From the NCBI GenBank assembly GCA_002722155.1, contig PBKS01000019.1, positions 60,687 to 124,686 of the forward strand: 64,000 nt of DNA, in the 5' to 3' direction. Under the pieces are notes generated by a model. That model saw only the letters and a program-made list of their open reading frames with translations, did not search any database and was not told where the DNA came from. The stretch's first letter is position 1, and each line of letters begins with the position of its first letter. This stretch comes from Chloroflexota bacterium. GTDB lineage: Bacteria; Chloroflexota; Dehalococcoidia; Lucifugimonadales; UBA826. Position numbers and translations under genes: made by a program. This document shows positions 1 to 8,858 of the stretch, piece by piece.

Positions 1-35
1 TCCGAGCAAATATCATCTATTTTGCACCATAATTT

Positions 36-1262
36 CTAATCCGGTTTGTCAGCCAAAACGATCACCACGGTTTGAAGCTCTCCATTCCTATAGAAGCGAA
101 CTTGGACCTCAGATCCTGGGGGGTTGTCCAAAAGAAACTTTGAAAGATCTCCTGCATTTTCTATAGAAACCTCATTCAACATTACGATTACATCCTCACG
201 CTGAAGCCCTGACTTTTCAGCTGGGAACCCAGTGACCACACTCGCAATAATGACACCATCCGCAACAGGTAAATTTATCTGCTCTCTTATAGAATCGGTG
301 ACATTAAATGGAGTAATGCCCAAAAATCCACGAAGAACAGTGCCTGAGGCGAGTATCTGGTCTACAACAACATGAGCATCGTCAATATTTATAGCAAACC
401 CGATACCATTACTGTCATCGATAATCGCAGTATTAATACCTATAACTTCTCCTTTGCTATTTGCCAGTGGGCCCCCACTATTACCAGGGTTAATAGAAGC
501 ATCAGTTTGTATGAGATCTACCATAGCCCTTTGTGCATCAGTTTGTATGGTGCGCTCCAAAGCACTAACTACACCTTTACTCACAGTAGGACCTCCTTTT
601 AATCCAAGAGCATGGCCAACAGCAATCACATCCTCTCCAACTTGCAGATCGGCGGATCGTCCAATTTTTGCCGGGACCAATTTGGCTGCAGATATCTTAA
701 TAACAGCTAAATCAGTGATGTTGTCACTTCCAACTAAGGTTGCAGGATAGGAACGACCATCATTTAGAGTAACAGTGATAAGGTCTGCACCTTCCACCAC
801 GTGATTATTGGTAAGTATGTTACCCGATTTATCAATTATTATGCCTGACCCGACGCCAGTTTGAGGAATAATTTGATTATACAAACTAATGGCGGCTGTA
901 TCAGCCGATATTTGAACCACCGAAGGCCCTAATGCACGAACAGCTTCTACAGTAGTCATAACATCCTCATCCTGTGAAACTGATATTAAATCTGCGATAG
1001 GTACAGATGGGATTTCAGTGGGGATGATCACAGATGGTTGGGCTACATCTTCACCCTCCCTAGTGCTTAGCGGCTCAGCCGTACCAGACAAAACCTGAGA
1101 TTTATCCTCTGTTTTTACCTCTTTGGATGACTTTTCCAATGCTTCTGGAGTTGGGTTAAGATCAACAACAACCTTCAATTGATCATTATCGCCCCCTGTA
1201 CTACAAGCGGTAAATAACAATAGTGTCATCAATAACAAGCTGGCGGCCCTGTTTATTTTCAC
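36..1262 (-). CDS. htrA: HtrA/DegP-family serine protease with C-terminal PDZ domain, probable lipoprotein
   Basis: 408-aa ORF. Trypsin-fold triad contexts TNNHVV (His), DLAVIK (Asp), GNSGGPL (Ser). PDZ-like C-terminus. N-terminal LLLFTAC lipobox. Confidence 0.9.
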   Translation of the reverse strand: MKINRAASLLLMTLLLFTACSTGGDNDQLKVVVDLNPTPEALEKSSKEVKTEDKSQVLSGTAEPLSTREGEDVAQPSVIIPTEIPSVPIADLISVSQDEDVMTTVEAVRALGPSVVQISADTAAISLYNQIIPQTGVGSGIIIDKSGNILTNNHVVEGADLITVTLNDGRSYPATLVGSDNITDLAVIKISAAKLVPAKIGRSADLQVGEDVIAVGHALGLKGGPTVSKGVVSALERTIQTDAQRAMVDLIQTDASINPGNSGGPLANSKGEVIGINTAIIDDSNGIGFAINIDDAHVVVDQILASGTVLRGFLGITPFNVTDSIREQINLPVADGVIIASVVTGFPAEKSGLQREDVIVMLNEVSIENAGDLSKFLLDNPPGSEVQVRFYRNGELQTVVIVLADKPD

Positions 1263-1264
1263 AT

Positions 1265-2122
1265 TTACCTCTCCCTAGGGTTAAAAGCTCTACTTGAGGC
1301 TTCTCTCCATCGCAGGTGCTTAGTTTTTTCCATGAACCCTTGGTGGATTGTTGAGGAGGCAGCTATCAACCCATCAGAATAAAGTTCGGCCCTATTCCCA
1401 TGTCTATCCGTTATTAATCCGCCTGCTTCTTCAATCAATATCATTCCCGCTGCTTGATCATAGGGCTGGAGCCGATGATGAACGAAAATATCCATCCTTC
1501 CAGCCGCTACGTAAGATATCGACAAAGCAGATGACCCAATCATTCTGGCGGTCTTTAGCGAAGGCCAGATTTTTCTCAACATCTGCAATGTGTCAATGGT
1601 ACCGGAAGCAGGACCATATGCGGGGTCTGTAACCATTATCACATCTTCAAACTGTGGTACATCGCTAACTTGAATCTTTTGTTCGTTGAGGAAAGCACCT
1701 TGTCCTCTAGCCGCGTGGAACATTTCCTTGTTAATTGGGTCAAAATTAACCCCCATTACAACTTCCCCATCTTTTGCAACGGCGATTACAGTAGAGAAAC
1801 AAGGAATTCCCCAGGCATAATTTTGGGTACCATCTATAGGATCAATAATCCATGTCCATCCTGTTGTTGGATCATCACCCTTTTCTTCCTCCCCAAAAAT
1901 GCCATGCTCGGGAAAATGGGCGGCTATTTCAGCCCTGATGTGGGCTTCACATTCTCGATCTACATTTGTGACTATATTGTTTTGCCCGTTATCAGATATC
2001 TCCTTGGTCTTTGGCCACCAATCAAGTAGTATTTCTCCCGCTGAAAGGGATATTTCTCTAGCTAACTGCCACGCATTTTTACCTGATTCTGTTTCAGGTA
2101 ATTGATATTTCATTTCTCTCAA
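1265..2122 (-). CDS. Inositol monophosphatase family protein (SuhB-like)
   Basis: 285-aa ORF with IMPase motifs GEEE, WIIDPIDGTQNY and YDQAAGMILIEEAGG. Ends 2 nt before the htrA start. The ATG at 2113 is an alternative start. Confidence 0.88.
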   Translation of the reverse strand: MREMKYQLPETESGKNAWQLAREISLSAGEILLDWWPKTKEISDNGQNNIVTNVDRECEAHIRAEIAAHFPEHGIFGEEEKGDDPTTGWTWIIDPIDGTQNYAWGIPCFSTVIAVAKDGEVVMGVNFDPINKEMFHAARGQGAFLNEQKIQVSDVPQFEDVIMVTDPAYGPASGTIDTLQMLRKIWPSLKTARMIGSSALSISYVAAGRMDIFVHHRLQPYDQAAGMILIEEAGGLITDRHGNRAELYSDGLIAASSTIHQGFMEKTKHLRWREASSRAFNPRER

Positions 2123-2219
2123 ATTTTGTCCTTAACTTCAACTTCCAATTCTTTTAAGAATATCGCACTATCTTAAAATTATCCTAAGATTTTGAAAATA
2201 TATTCTGACACGATCTGAG

Positions 2220-2249
2220 TTGACACTGAATATCACTATTGACTAGAAT
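2220..2249 (+). promoter_or_regulatory. Candidate sigma-70 promoter for the metal-binding protein gene
   Basis: TTGACA (2220..2225), 18-nt spacer, TAGAAT (2244..2249), about 57 nt upstream of the ATG at 2307. TGACAC occurs three times nearby (2206, 2221, 2262). Confidence 0.4.
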
Positions 2250-2306
2250 ATAAGCACTTAATGACACTATGTCGCAATAGTTGAATGTAAAATTTGGAGA
2301 GTTCCT

Positions 2307-3461
2307 ATGCTTAATGCATCAGAGTCGCAGTATAAAAGATCCTCAGCGCTTTTTCTTGCCACTGTTTTTATGTTTTTAGCGTCGGCCTACGTAAGCGTGG
2401 GTTGCAATACAGATGAAGAGGGTTCACCTTCACCAGAATCACTCGTAGATTCCAATGCAGCAGTTGCTGTAGAAGAAAGAACAGACAAGAAGATTGATTT
2501 CCCAGTCTTCGTATCAACTAGCATAGTTGGTGACTGGGTCAGAACTATAGGAGGCGACCGAGTTGTTGTTGAAAGTCTAGCTCCTATAGGTAAAGATCCA
2601 CATACATATCAACCTACCCCAAAGCAGGTAGCTGAATTAGGTAAGTCAAAATTAGTTTTTTCAATTGGGTTAACTCTAGAAGGGAGCAACATCCGATCTC
2701 TTCTTGAAAATTCATTGAATCCAGATGCCACACATATACCTTTGGGCCCCCTCGTCAATCCAATTGAATACAAAGGGCATGACGAACACGACGAACATGA
2801 CGAAGACAAAGAGCATGACGAACACGACGAACATGACGAACACGACGAGCATGACAAACACGACGAACACGACGAACATGACGAGCATGACAAACACGAC
2901 GAACACGACGAACACGACGAACATGAGGGCCACGACCACGGAACCCATGATCCGCATTTCTGGTTAGATCCAGCTCGTGTGTCTATTGCCGTCGATGAAA
3001 TAGCAGCCCAACTTTCCCGTGTTGACCCTGATTCGGCTGCCTTCTACCAGGAAAATGCTACCGCTTACAAAGTTCAACTTTCTAACCTTGATAACCAGAT
3101 GGCTTTGGAGTTTGAACAAATTCCTGAAAAAGACCGCAAATTAGTAACTTCTCACGAAGCTCTAGGCTACCTTGGAGACAAATATGGCTTTGAGCTCATA
3201 GGGGCGGTGATTCCTTCAATGAGTACTGAGTCCGGACCAAGTGCGGCCGCCATTGCGAAACTAGTCGACGACCTCAAACATGAGCAAGTTAAAGGCATTT
3301 TTATGGAGAGCGGAGTGCATGAAAAAGTAACAATACAAATAGCGAAAGATGCAAATGTTGAAGTTATAACAGGGTTACAAGTTGAGTACATTCAAGAAGG
3401 AGAATCGTATCTTCAAATGATGACACAGCTTTCAGAATTAATTAGTGAAGGATTGAAATAA
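2307..3461 (+). CDS. znuA: ZnuA/TroA-type metal ABC transporter substrate-binding lipoprotein with a very long His/Asp/Glu loop
   Basis: 384-aa ORF. Signal peptide ending VSVGC. Cluster-9 SBP motifs (DPHTYQPTP, DPHFWLDP, HEALGYL). A central (HDE)n loop is typical of Zn-specific members. No permease or ATPase gene is adjacent. Confidence 0.85.
   Translation: MLNASESQYKRSSALFLATVFMFLASAYVSVGCNTDEEGSPSPESLVDSNAAVAVEERTDKKIDFPVFVSTSIVGDWVRTIGGDRVVVESLAPIGKDPHTYQPTPKQVAELGKSKLVFSIGLTLEGSNIRSLLENSLNPDATHIPLGPLVNPIEYKGHDEHDEHDEDKEHDEHDEHDEHDEHDKHDEHDEHDEHDKHDEHDEHDEHEGHDHGTHDPHFWLDPARVSIAVDEIAAQLSRVDPDSAAFYQENATAYKVQLSNLDNQMALEFEQIPEKDRKLVTSHEALGYLGDKYGFELIGAVIPSMSTESGPSAAAIAKLVDDLKHEQVKGIFMESGVHEKVTIQIAKDANVEVITGLQVEYIQEGESYLQMMTQLSELISEGLK
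2778..2956 (+). repeat. In-frame tandem codon repeat encoding (H-D-E/K)n inside znuA
   Basis: Repeated catgacgaa/cacgacgaa triplet-codon units. A roughly 33-36 nt higher-order unit (gagcatgacaaacacgacgaacacgacgaaca...) occurs twice. It encodes about 60 residues made almost only of H, D, E and K. Confidence 0.9.
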
Positions 3462-3482
3462 AGATCAGATATAACTATTAGA

Positions 3483-3508
3483 CTCCGCTGGGCAGGCAAT
3501 TGCTTCCA
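3483..3508 (+). repeat. 26-nt box copy 1 (ctccgctgggcaggcaattgcttcca), just 3' of the znuA stop
   Basis: 23/26 identical to 3940..3965. gctgggcagg can pair with cctgtccagc at 3534..3543 or 3555..3564. The pairing includes a G-U wobble, which is only valid in a + strand transcript. Confidence 0.6.
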
Positions 3509-3522
3509 TAAGCACCACATAC

Positions 3523-3564
3523 TAACTATATAGCCTGTCCAGCTAACTATATAGCCTGTCCAGC
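3523..3564 (+). repeat. Perfect 21-bp tandem duplication (taactatatagcctgtccagc x2)
   Basis: Units 3523..3543 and 3544..3564 are identical. Each carries a 3' arm complementary to box copy 1. Confidence 0.9.
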
Positions 3565-3714
3565 ACCCGTACTAAGGGCATTATATCAGGTTCGGTTTTA
3601 GTCAGATTTAGGAAAAACCATTCAGGTTAATTAATAAGTTTTATACGAGTTTTAAGAATCAAAAGTAAATTTAATCACGGGCAACCTAAAACACATCCTT
3701 AAGGAGGAAATGAA

Positions 3715-3900
3715 ATGAAGTTAACAGCCTACAGTGTGAAATTAAGGAAAACAGTAGAAATTTCTGAACCCAAAATAGTTACCCTGAAAAATGGCAGAAA
3801 GGCTGTTCAGGGGGTTGCGGCAGAAGATCCTACTTCAAAGGTATTTAGGATACTAGGTGACAAGGAAGTTCCCGAGGTAGAAAAGCTAATTAATAGCTAA
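3715..3900 (+). CDS. Small basic protein (61 aa), resembles a Cys-less version of a small zinc-ribbon protein family
   Basis: Strong SD (AAGGAGG, 7 nt before the ATG). The AYSVKLRKTVE...TLKNGRKAVQGV...KVFRILG layout matches my recollection of the DUF5679-type CxxC...CxxC ribbon, but with all Cys positions substituted. Confidence 0.6.
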   Translation: MKLTAYSVKLRKTVEISEPKIVTLKNGRKAVQGVAAEDPTSKVFRILGDKEVPEVEKLINS

Positions 3901-3939
3901 TTAATGCGAAATTGAAATAGATGAACCAGTAAGAAATAT

Positions 3940-3965
3940 CTCCGCTGGGCAGACAATGGCTTCTA
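3940..3965 (+). repeat. 26-nt box copy 2 (ctccgctgggcagacaatggcttcta), 3' of the small ORF stop
   Basis: 23/26 identical to 3483..3508. gctgggcagac (3944..3954) is perfectly complementary to gtctgcccagc (4055..4065), enclosing about 100 nt. Confidence 0.6.
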
Positions 3966-4513
3966 ACCAACCATTTGACCTTTAAATCAGTCAGCAACAA
4001 CGCCGTCATACCTTAGCAACGACGACGCCATACCTAACTGCATTCAACTTCTCAGTCTGCCCAGCTCCCGGAGAACAACAGCTTCATTTAATTCTGAACT
4101 CCTTAGGAAATATGCCTTGAAACCAGTAAAATCTTTAGCTCAATTCAGTCTTATTCTAAGAAAAATTAGTATAGCTGATTTAATCAGACCAAATCGTTAC
4201 TAACCCATGAATTGTGTTTCATGAACGATAATTTGGGCCTTTAATGGCTGGAAACAAATTGACGTTGAAATTCACTGTCTCCCCCCTTGCACATTAGTAA
4301 ATATGGGGTGTACAACATATATCGTAAACGATGATCAATTTTGATTGATTTTCAGGAGTGACGGAGAGATCAAAAAAGTTATTGAATTATTAAGAAAATC
4401 CTCTCCAAGAAATTTTCCGGGGTGATACCTAAAGGCTTCGATAAAAATCGAATATAGACACCGCTTCAGGTATGGGTAGGCAAAGTGTTGGCGAGTCGGA
4501 AATCTCCAGGTCT

Positions 4514-4532
4514 GCCCTTTGAAAAAAGGGGC
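4514..4532 (+). other. Hairpin in the dnaA leader
   Basis: gcccttt / aaggggc stem of 7 bp (one G-U), loop gaaaa, followed by ttt. Lies 34 nt upstream of the dnaA ATG at 4566. Confidence 0.3.
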
Positions 4533-4565
4533 TTTAACACTGTAGGCGGTTTTGTGCAAAAATTT

Positions 4566-5984
4566 ATGGACGAAGATATTACTTTAAAAGCTAACAAAAT
4601 ATGGGAATCGGTTTTGGGTAGAGTTGAGCTCAGCATTCCAAAACCCAGCTACGACACGTGGCTTCGAAATACTGCTGGAATTACGATTGCCGCAGGTGAA
4701 CTAATTGTAGAAACCCAAAATGCTTTTGCTGCTCAATATTTAGAAGACCGTATGTTAGATATGCTTGAACAAGAACTAAGTTCTTTGACAGATTCTCAAA
4801 TCAAAATCAAATTCATAGTGAAGTCTAAAACCGTAAATTCTCAACTGCAAAAAGAAAACACAGCTACAACCCCAGATGATAGCCCAGACCACTTCACTAA
4901 ATACATAGCGGCGGAAGATAGCCCATACAAGGAAACGGTTTCAGAAGCTGTATCTGGCTTACATGTAGGCTCTAATAACTTCAATTCAAAATACACGTTT
5001 GATAACTTCATAGTCGGGAATTCCAACCAACTTGCTTATGCGGGTGCAAAGGCTGTATCTGAAAATCCAGGAACAATTTTCAACCCTTTGGTTATACATT
5101 CTCCCGTTGGATTAGGAAAAACACATCTGTTGCAAGCGATCGGGCATGAAACAACACGCCGTGGTTTAATCAATCTTTACGTGACCTCTGAAGAATTTAC
5201 CAACCACTATGTTAAAGCAATTCAAAATGGCAAAACGGAGGAATTCCGAAATAAATATAGAAACGTCGATGTCTTGTTAATTGACGATATCCAATTCCTC
5301 ATCGGAAAAGAACAAACGCAGGAGGGATTCTTCCATACCTTCAACTCGCTCCATGTAGAAAACAAACAAATAGTTGTAGCTAGTGATAGGTCCATTGGTG
5401 AACTAAAAACCTTAGAGTCTCGTATTACCTCGAGACTAAGCGGAGGACTAGTAACAGACATTCAGATACCCCAATTGGAAACCAGAATGGCCATACTCAA
5501 AGGAAAGGCTCTCCAGCAAGGATATAGAATTCCAGGGGACGTCATAGAGCTGTTAGGCAACAGAATCCAATCAAACATCAGGGATCTGGAAGGTCTACTT
5601 AATCGAGTCGTTGCTTTGGCTCAATTCCGAGATGAACTTATCACGCTGGAATCAGTGAAAGAAATGGTTGGCGAGGCCGAGACCACCAACCGAAAAATCA
5701 TTCCCGACACCCTCATTATTTCAGAAGTTTCAAATTATTTTGGAATCCCCTCTGAGGAAATAATTGGCCGCCGAAGAGGAAAACCCTATTTGGTGCCTAG
5801 GCAAATCGCAATGTTCCTTCTCAGGGAAGAAACCTCTTTGAGTTTATCTGCCATAGGAAAAATACTAGGCGGAAGGGATCATTCAACTGTGATGCACGGG
5901 CATGGAAAAGTCGCTTCCTTAATTGACGCAGATAATAAACTTCGAAGTGATATCTTAGCGATCAAAAACAACCTCCTAAATTAG
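4566..5984 (+). CDS. dnaA: Chromosomal replication initiator protein DnaA
   Basis: Walker A GLGKTHLL, box VLLIDDIQF, sensor motifs, and the C-terminal DNA-binding signature (RQIAMFLLRE...IGKILGGRDHSTVMHG). I prefer the ATG at 4566 (MDEDITLKANKIWE...) over the GTG at 4485 in the ORF track. Confidence 0.95.
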   Translation: MDEDITLKANKIWESVLGRVELSIPKPSYDTWLRNTAGITIAAGELIVETQNAFAAQYLEDRMLDMLEQELSSLTDSQIKIKFIVKSKTVNSQLQKENTATTPDDSPDHFTKYIAAEDSPYKETVSEAVSGLHVGSNNFNSKYTFDNFIVGNSNQLAYAGAKAVSENPGTIFNPLVIHSPVGLGKTHLLQAIGHETTRRGLINLYVTSEEFTNHYVKAIQNGKTEEFRNKYRNVDVLLIDDIQFLIGKEQTQEGFFHTFNSLHVENKQIVVASDRSIGELKTLESRITSRLSGGLVTDIQIPQLETRMAILKGKALQQGYRIPGDVIELLGNRIQSNIRDLEGLLNRVVALAQFRDELITLESVKEMVGEAETTNRKIIPDTLIISEVSNYFGIPSEEIIGRRRGKPYLVPRQIAMFLLREETSLSLSAIGKILGGRDHSTVMHGHGKVASLIDADNKLRSDILAIKNNLLN

Positions 5985-6033
5985 TCTATCCACTTGAATT
6001 CAATGGCTTTTAGCATATCTCAAGGTTATACGT

Positions 6034-6687
6034 ATGAGACTTATTTTAATTAGACACGGTGAAACAGAAGCCAATTTACTTAACAGATGGTCAGGTTCCA
6101 AAGACCTTGACATTACTAACCTCACCGCATCTGGAAAAGCTCAGGCCCAAAAATTAGGCGATTGGTTCAGAAAAGAAAATTTCACCCCAACCCATGTTTA
6201 TGTTAGTCCACAAAAAAGAGCAAAAGACACGGCACATCTTGCAGGACACCACTGGAACCTACCTTTCATTACCCTAGAAGATCTAAAGGAAACCGGCGCT
6301 GGAATATTTGAAGGGCTCACTTGGGAAGAAATCGAATCAAAATACCCAGAACAGGCAAGGAATTTTAAAGGCAGCAGAGATTGGTCGTTTGTAGAAGAAT
6401 CAGAACAAGAAAATGACCGAAGAGACCGAGGCAATCGAATATTGGAATTGGTACTAACTCACCACTCGGATGATGACGTTGTTGTTATGTTCTGCCATGC
6501 TGGAATCATTCAACACACTATAAGCTGTATATTCGAATCTCCCAAACTATGGGGGATAATGACAAAGAACACCGCCATCTTTGAATTTCAATTACTAATA
6601 ACTAAATGGTCAGATTCTACAAGAGAGCGATTCAATCCTACCTCCTGGCGTGTTCTAAGATTTAATGAGGATCCTCATCTAAATTAG
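6034..6687 (+). CDS. Histidine phosphatase family protein (phosphoglycerate-mutase-like)
   Basis: N-terminal RLILIRHGETEAN catalytic RHG motif. 217 aa. Confidence 0.8.
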   Translation: MRLILIRHGETEANLLNRWSGSKDLDITNLTASGKAQAQKLGDWFRKENFTPTHVYVSPQKRAKDTAHLAGHHWNLPFITLEDLKETGAGIFEGLTWEEIESKYPEQARNFKGSRDWSFVEESEQENDRRDRGNRILELVLTHHSDDDVVVMFCHAGIIQHTISCIFESPKLWGIMTKNTAIFEFQLLITKWSDSTRERFNPTSWRVLRFNEDPHLN

Positions 6688-6700
6688 CGCAACGAGACTT

Positions 6701-7339
6701 TTACCTTAAATGATCGTCGTCTCCAAACTTATTTATCTGAAAGTGGTGGTGCCCAGAAGTCATAGAATTGGTGGCATCCCAGTTATCGGAATCAATCTCG
6801 AAATCAAAAATAGCCGTATTTGCTATTCGGAGATTCCAAACACGATTCGTTCCCAGGATTACTGAAATTAAATAAACTAGAAATCCACTGTGGGAATAAC
6901 CAATGACGAAATCCTGTGAATTATGCCCTTTAATTAAAAAATCCACGGCTCTCTCTGCTCTACGGCGTATTTGATATCGTGTCTCTGCCTCTGGGACTAA
7001 ATCAAAATTTCTAGATCTCCGAAATTCCTTATAAATGGCGGCAAACTCAGAGGATAATTCTTCAGATGTCTTTCCTGAAAACACACCAACATCATTTTCT
7101 CTAAGATCGGGGATTTTATGAATGGTTCTTTGCGGAAAAGATATCTCAGCGGTTTTATAAGATCTGGTTAATGGACTTGAATAAACATGAGAAGGATGCA
7201 ATGCATCTTTGATAAACCTCTCGTGTAGTCTTTGGCTTTGATTTAAACCATCATTGGAAAGATCGAAATCCATAGTCCCCTGCCAGCGACCCTGGGCGTT
7301 CGCTAAAGATTGTGCATGCCTGATTAGAATTAACCTCAT
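6701..7339 (-). CDS. Histidine phosphatase family protein (paralog, convergent)
   Basis: N-terminal MRLILIRHAQSLAN. 212 aa. Its stop is 13 nt from the stop of the preceding paralog. Confidence 0.8.
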   Translation of the reverse strand: MRLILIRHAQSLANAQGRWQGTMDFDLSNDGLNQSQRLHERFIKDALHPSHVYSSPLTRSYKTAEISFPQRTIHKIPDLRENDVGVFSGKTSEELSSEFAAIYKEFRRSRNFDLVPEAETRYQIRRRAERAVDFLIKGHNSQDFVIGYSHSGFLVYLISVILGTNRVWNLRIANTAIFDFEIDSDNWDATNSMTSGHHHFQINKFGDDDHLR

Positions 7340-7351
7340 TGTTTTTCCTGT

Positions 7352-8848
7352 TTAGCCAATTTCAGACTCGGGTCTAATAGACTGATTTCCAAATCTGCCA
7401 CGAATACCACCGAGTATAACTAATAACACTGTAAAAACCATAAGTACGGTAGAAAGTTGAAATGCTCTGGCCATTGCAGACGCATAAGCGGTACGTAAAC
7501 CAAGATCCTTAAGTTTCTCAGTGTCAGACAGATCTGCCTCGTACCCCAGTCCAGCCATGACTGACACCACTATAGCAGTCGGTATGGCTATCCCTACTAT
7601 ATGGGCTCCATTTCTAGTTAAGTTTAAAAATGCCGACACAATTCCATAGTGTTGCCTGCCGGCACTTCCCATAATTGAGCTTGTGTTCGGTGCCATAAAA
7701 ATGCTCATGCCCATACCTGACAAACCAGAAGCTATTCCTACCAACAGCAACGGAGAATTCAAGCTCACGTTAGAAAACAAATACATTGCCAAGGAACATA
7801 AAAGCATTCCTACAACTGATGGGCCAGTTGTTCCAATTCGGTCAGCAAATCGACCGCTAATTGGGCCAAAAATGGCTAATGTAATTGAACCCGGTAGTAA
7901 ATATAGTGCTGCGGAAGCAGTTGTCAGCCCAAGACCTGATACCAGAAAGAATGGCAATAGGAAAAACGAACTGGAACCAGCCGTAAAGGATAAAAACCTA
8001 GATGCCGATCCTAACGAAAATGGAAATGACTTAAACAAACCGAGAGGCAACATCGGGTTCTGTGCGGTTTTTTCTCTATAGAGAAACGCTATTAAAAGCA
8101 AAACAGAGAGCCCGGTTCCAATAATAATATAAGTAGAGAAAAAAGATAGTTTGTTAATGAACGTTATTACCAGCATTAGAGAAAGAAGAAAAGAAGCTGA
8201 AAGAAAGGTCCCGTTCCAGTCAAAATCCTTGATGGAATCTCGTTTCGTGGAACCCTTCTTTGGATCCGGCTCTAAGACCAATGCGGCAATACACAACGCA
8301 AGAATACTAAACGCGGCTATAAAAACGAAGATGGCCCTCCACCCCATATAGCTCTCAATACCCCCACCAATAACGGGACCTCCAATCGCCCCCAACCCTA
8401 CGATGGTCATATGTAAACCGAGCGCTTTACCTCTCTCTTCATCTGGAAAGGATCGTGCAATCATTGCCATACCATTTGCTTGCAGAGCTGAAGCCCCAAC
8501 ACCCATGAAAACTTTACCTACTAAAACCATCCAGAATTCTTGAGAGAGCCCCGTAAGGGCCGTAGCAAATGCAAAAACCAATAAACCCCACACCCAAATT
8601 TTTTTTCTCCCTATCGAATCGGCAATAGCGCCCGCAGGCATCATCAAAGCGCTCACGCTTAACATGTACGCAATCGCCATCCACTGTGCAGTGGGAATAT
8701 CTGCACCAAAATGTTCCGCGATGCTGGGAACTACTATCGCTGTAGCAGACTGTTCCACAATGGAAATAAAAGTACCGATTGCAACGGCGCCATAAACCCA
8801 CCACCTATAAGAGGGTTTATCTTTAATTCGCCTTGAGAAAAAATCCAT
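7352..8848 (-). CDS. MFS transporter, DHA2 (EmrB/QacA-like, about 14 TMS) family
   Basis: 498 aa, highly hydrophobic. MFS motif A-like GAIADSIGRKK and the motif PDEERGKALGL. Confidence 0.85.
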   Translation of the reverse strand: MDFFSRRIKDKPSYRWWVYGAVAIGTFISIVEQSATAIVVPSIAEHFGADIPTAQWMAIAYMLSVSALMMPAGAIADSIGRKKIWVWGLLVFAFATALTGLSQEFWMVLVGKVFMGVGASALQANGMAMIARSFPDEERGKALGLHMTIVGLGAIGGPVIGGGIESYMGWRAIFVFIAAFSILALCIAALVLEPDPKKGSTKRDSIKDFDWNGTFLSASFLLSLMLVITFINKLSFFSTYIIIGTGLSVLLLIAFLYREKTAQNPMLPLGLFKSFPFSLGSASRFLSFTAGSSSFFLLPFFLVSGLGLTTASAALYLLPGSITLAIFGPISGRFADRIGTTGPSVVGMLLCSLAMYLFSNVSLNSPLLLVGIASGLSGMGMSIFMAPNTSSIMGSAGRQHYGIVSAFLNLTRNGAHIVGIAIPTAIVVSVMAGLGYEADLSDTEKLKDLGLRTAYASAMARAFQLSTVLMVFTVLLVILGGIRGRFGNQSIRPESEIG

Positions 8849-8858
8849 CTATGTGTTT

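Noticed and set aside
2609-2967. Three long ORFs (2609..2893 -, 2712..2957 -, 2725..2967 +) with extreme low-complexity products (CSS, FVV and TNT repeats)
   Set aside because: They are alternative-frame or antisense readings of the znuA (HDE)n codon repeat. They have no start context, and the znuA frame is the only one with a recognisable protein family.
4335-4565. Minus-strand 74-aa ORF, and the GTG 4485 N-terminal extension of dnaA
   Set aside because: The extension encodes non-DnaA-like sequence and contains a stable hairpin (4514..4532). The DnaA N-terminal domain begins at the ATG at 4566. The antisense ORF has no supporting features.
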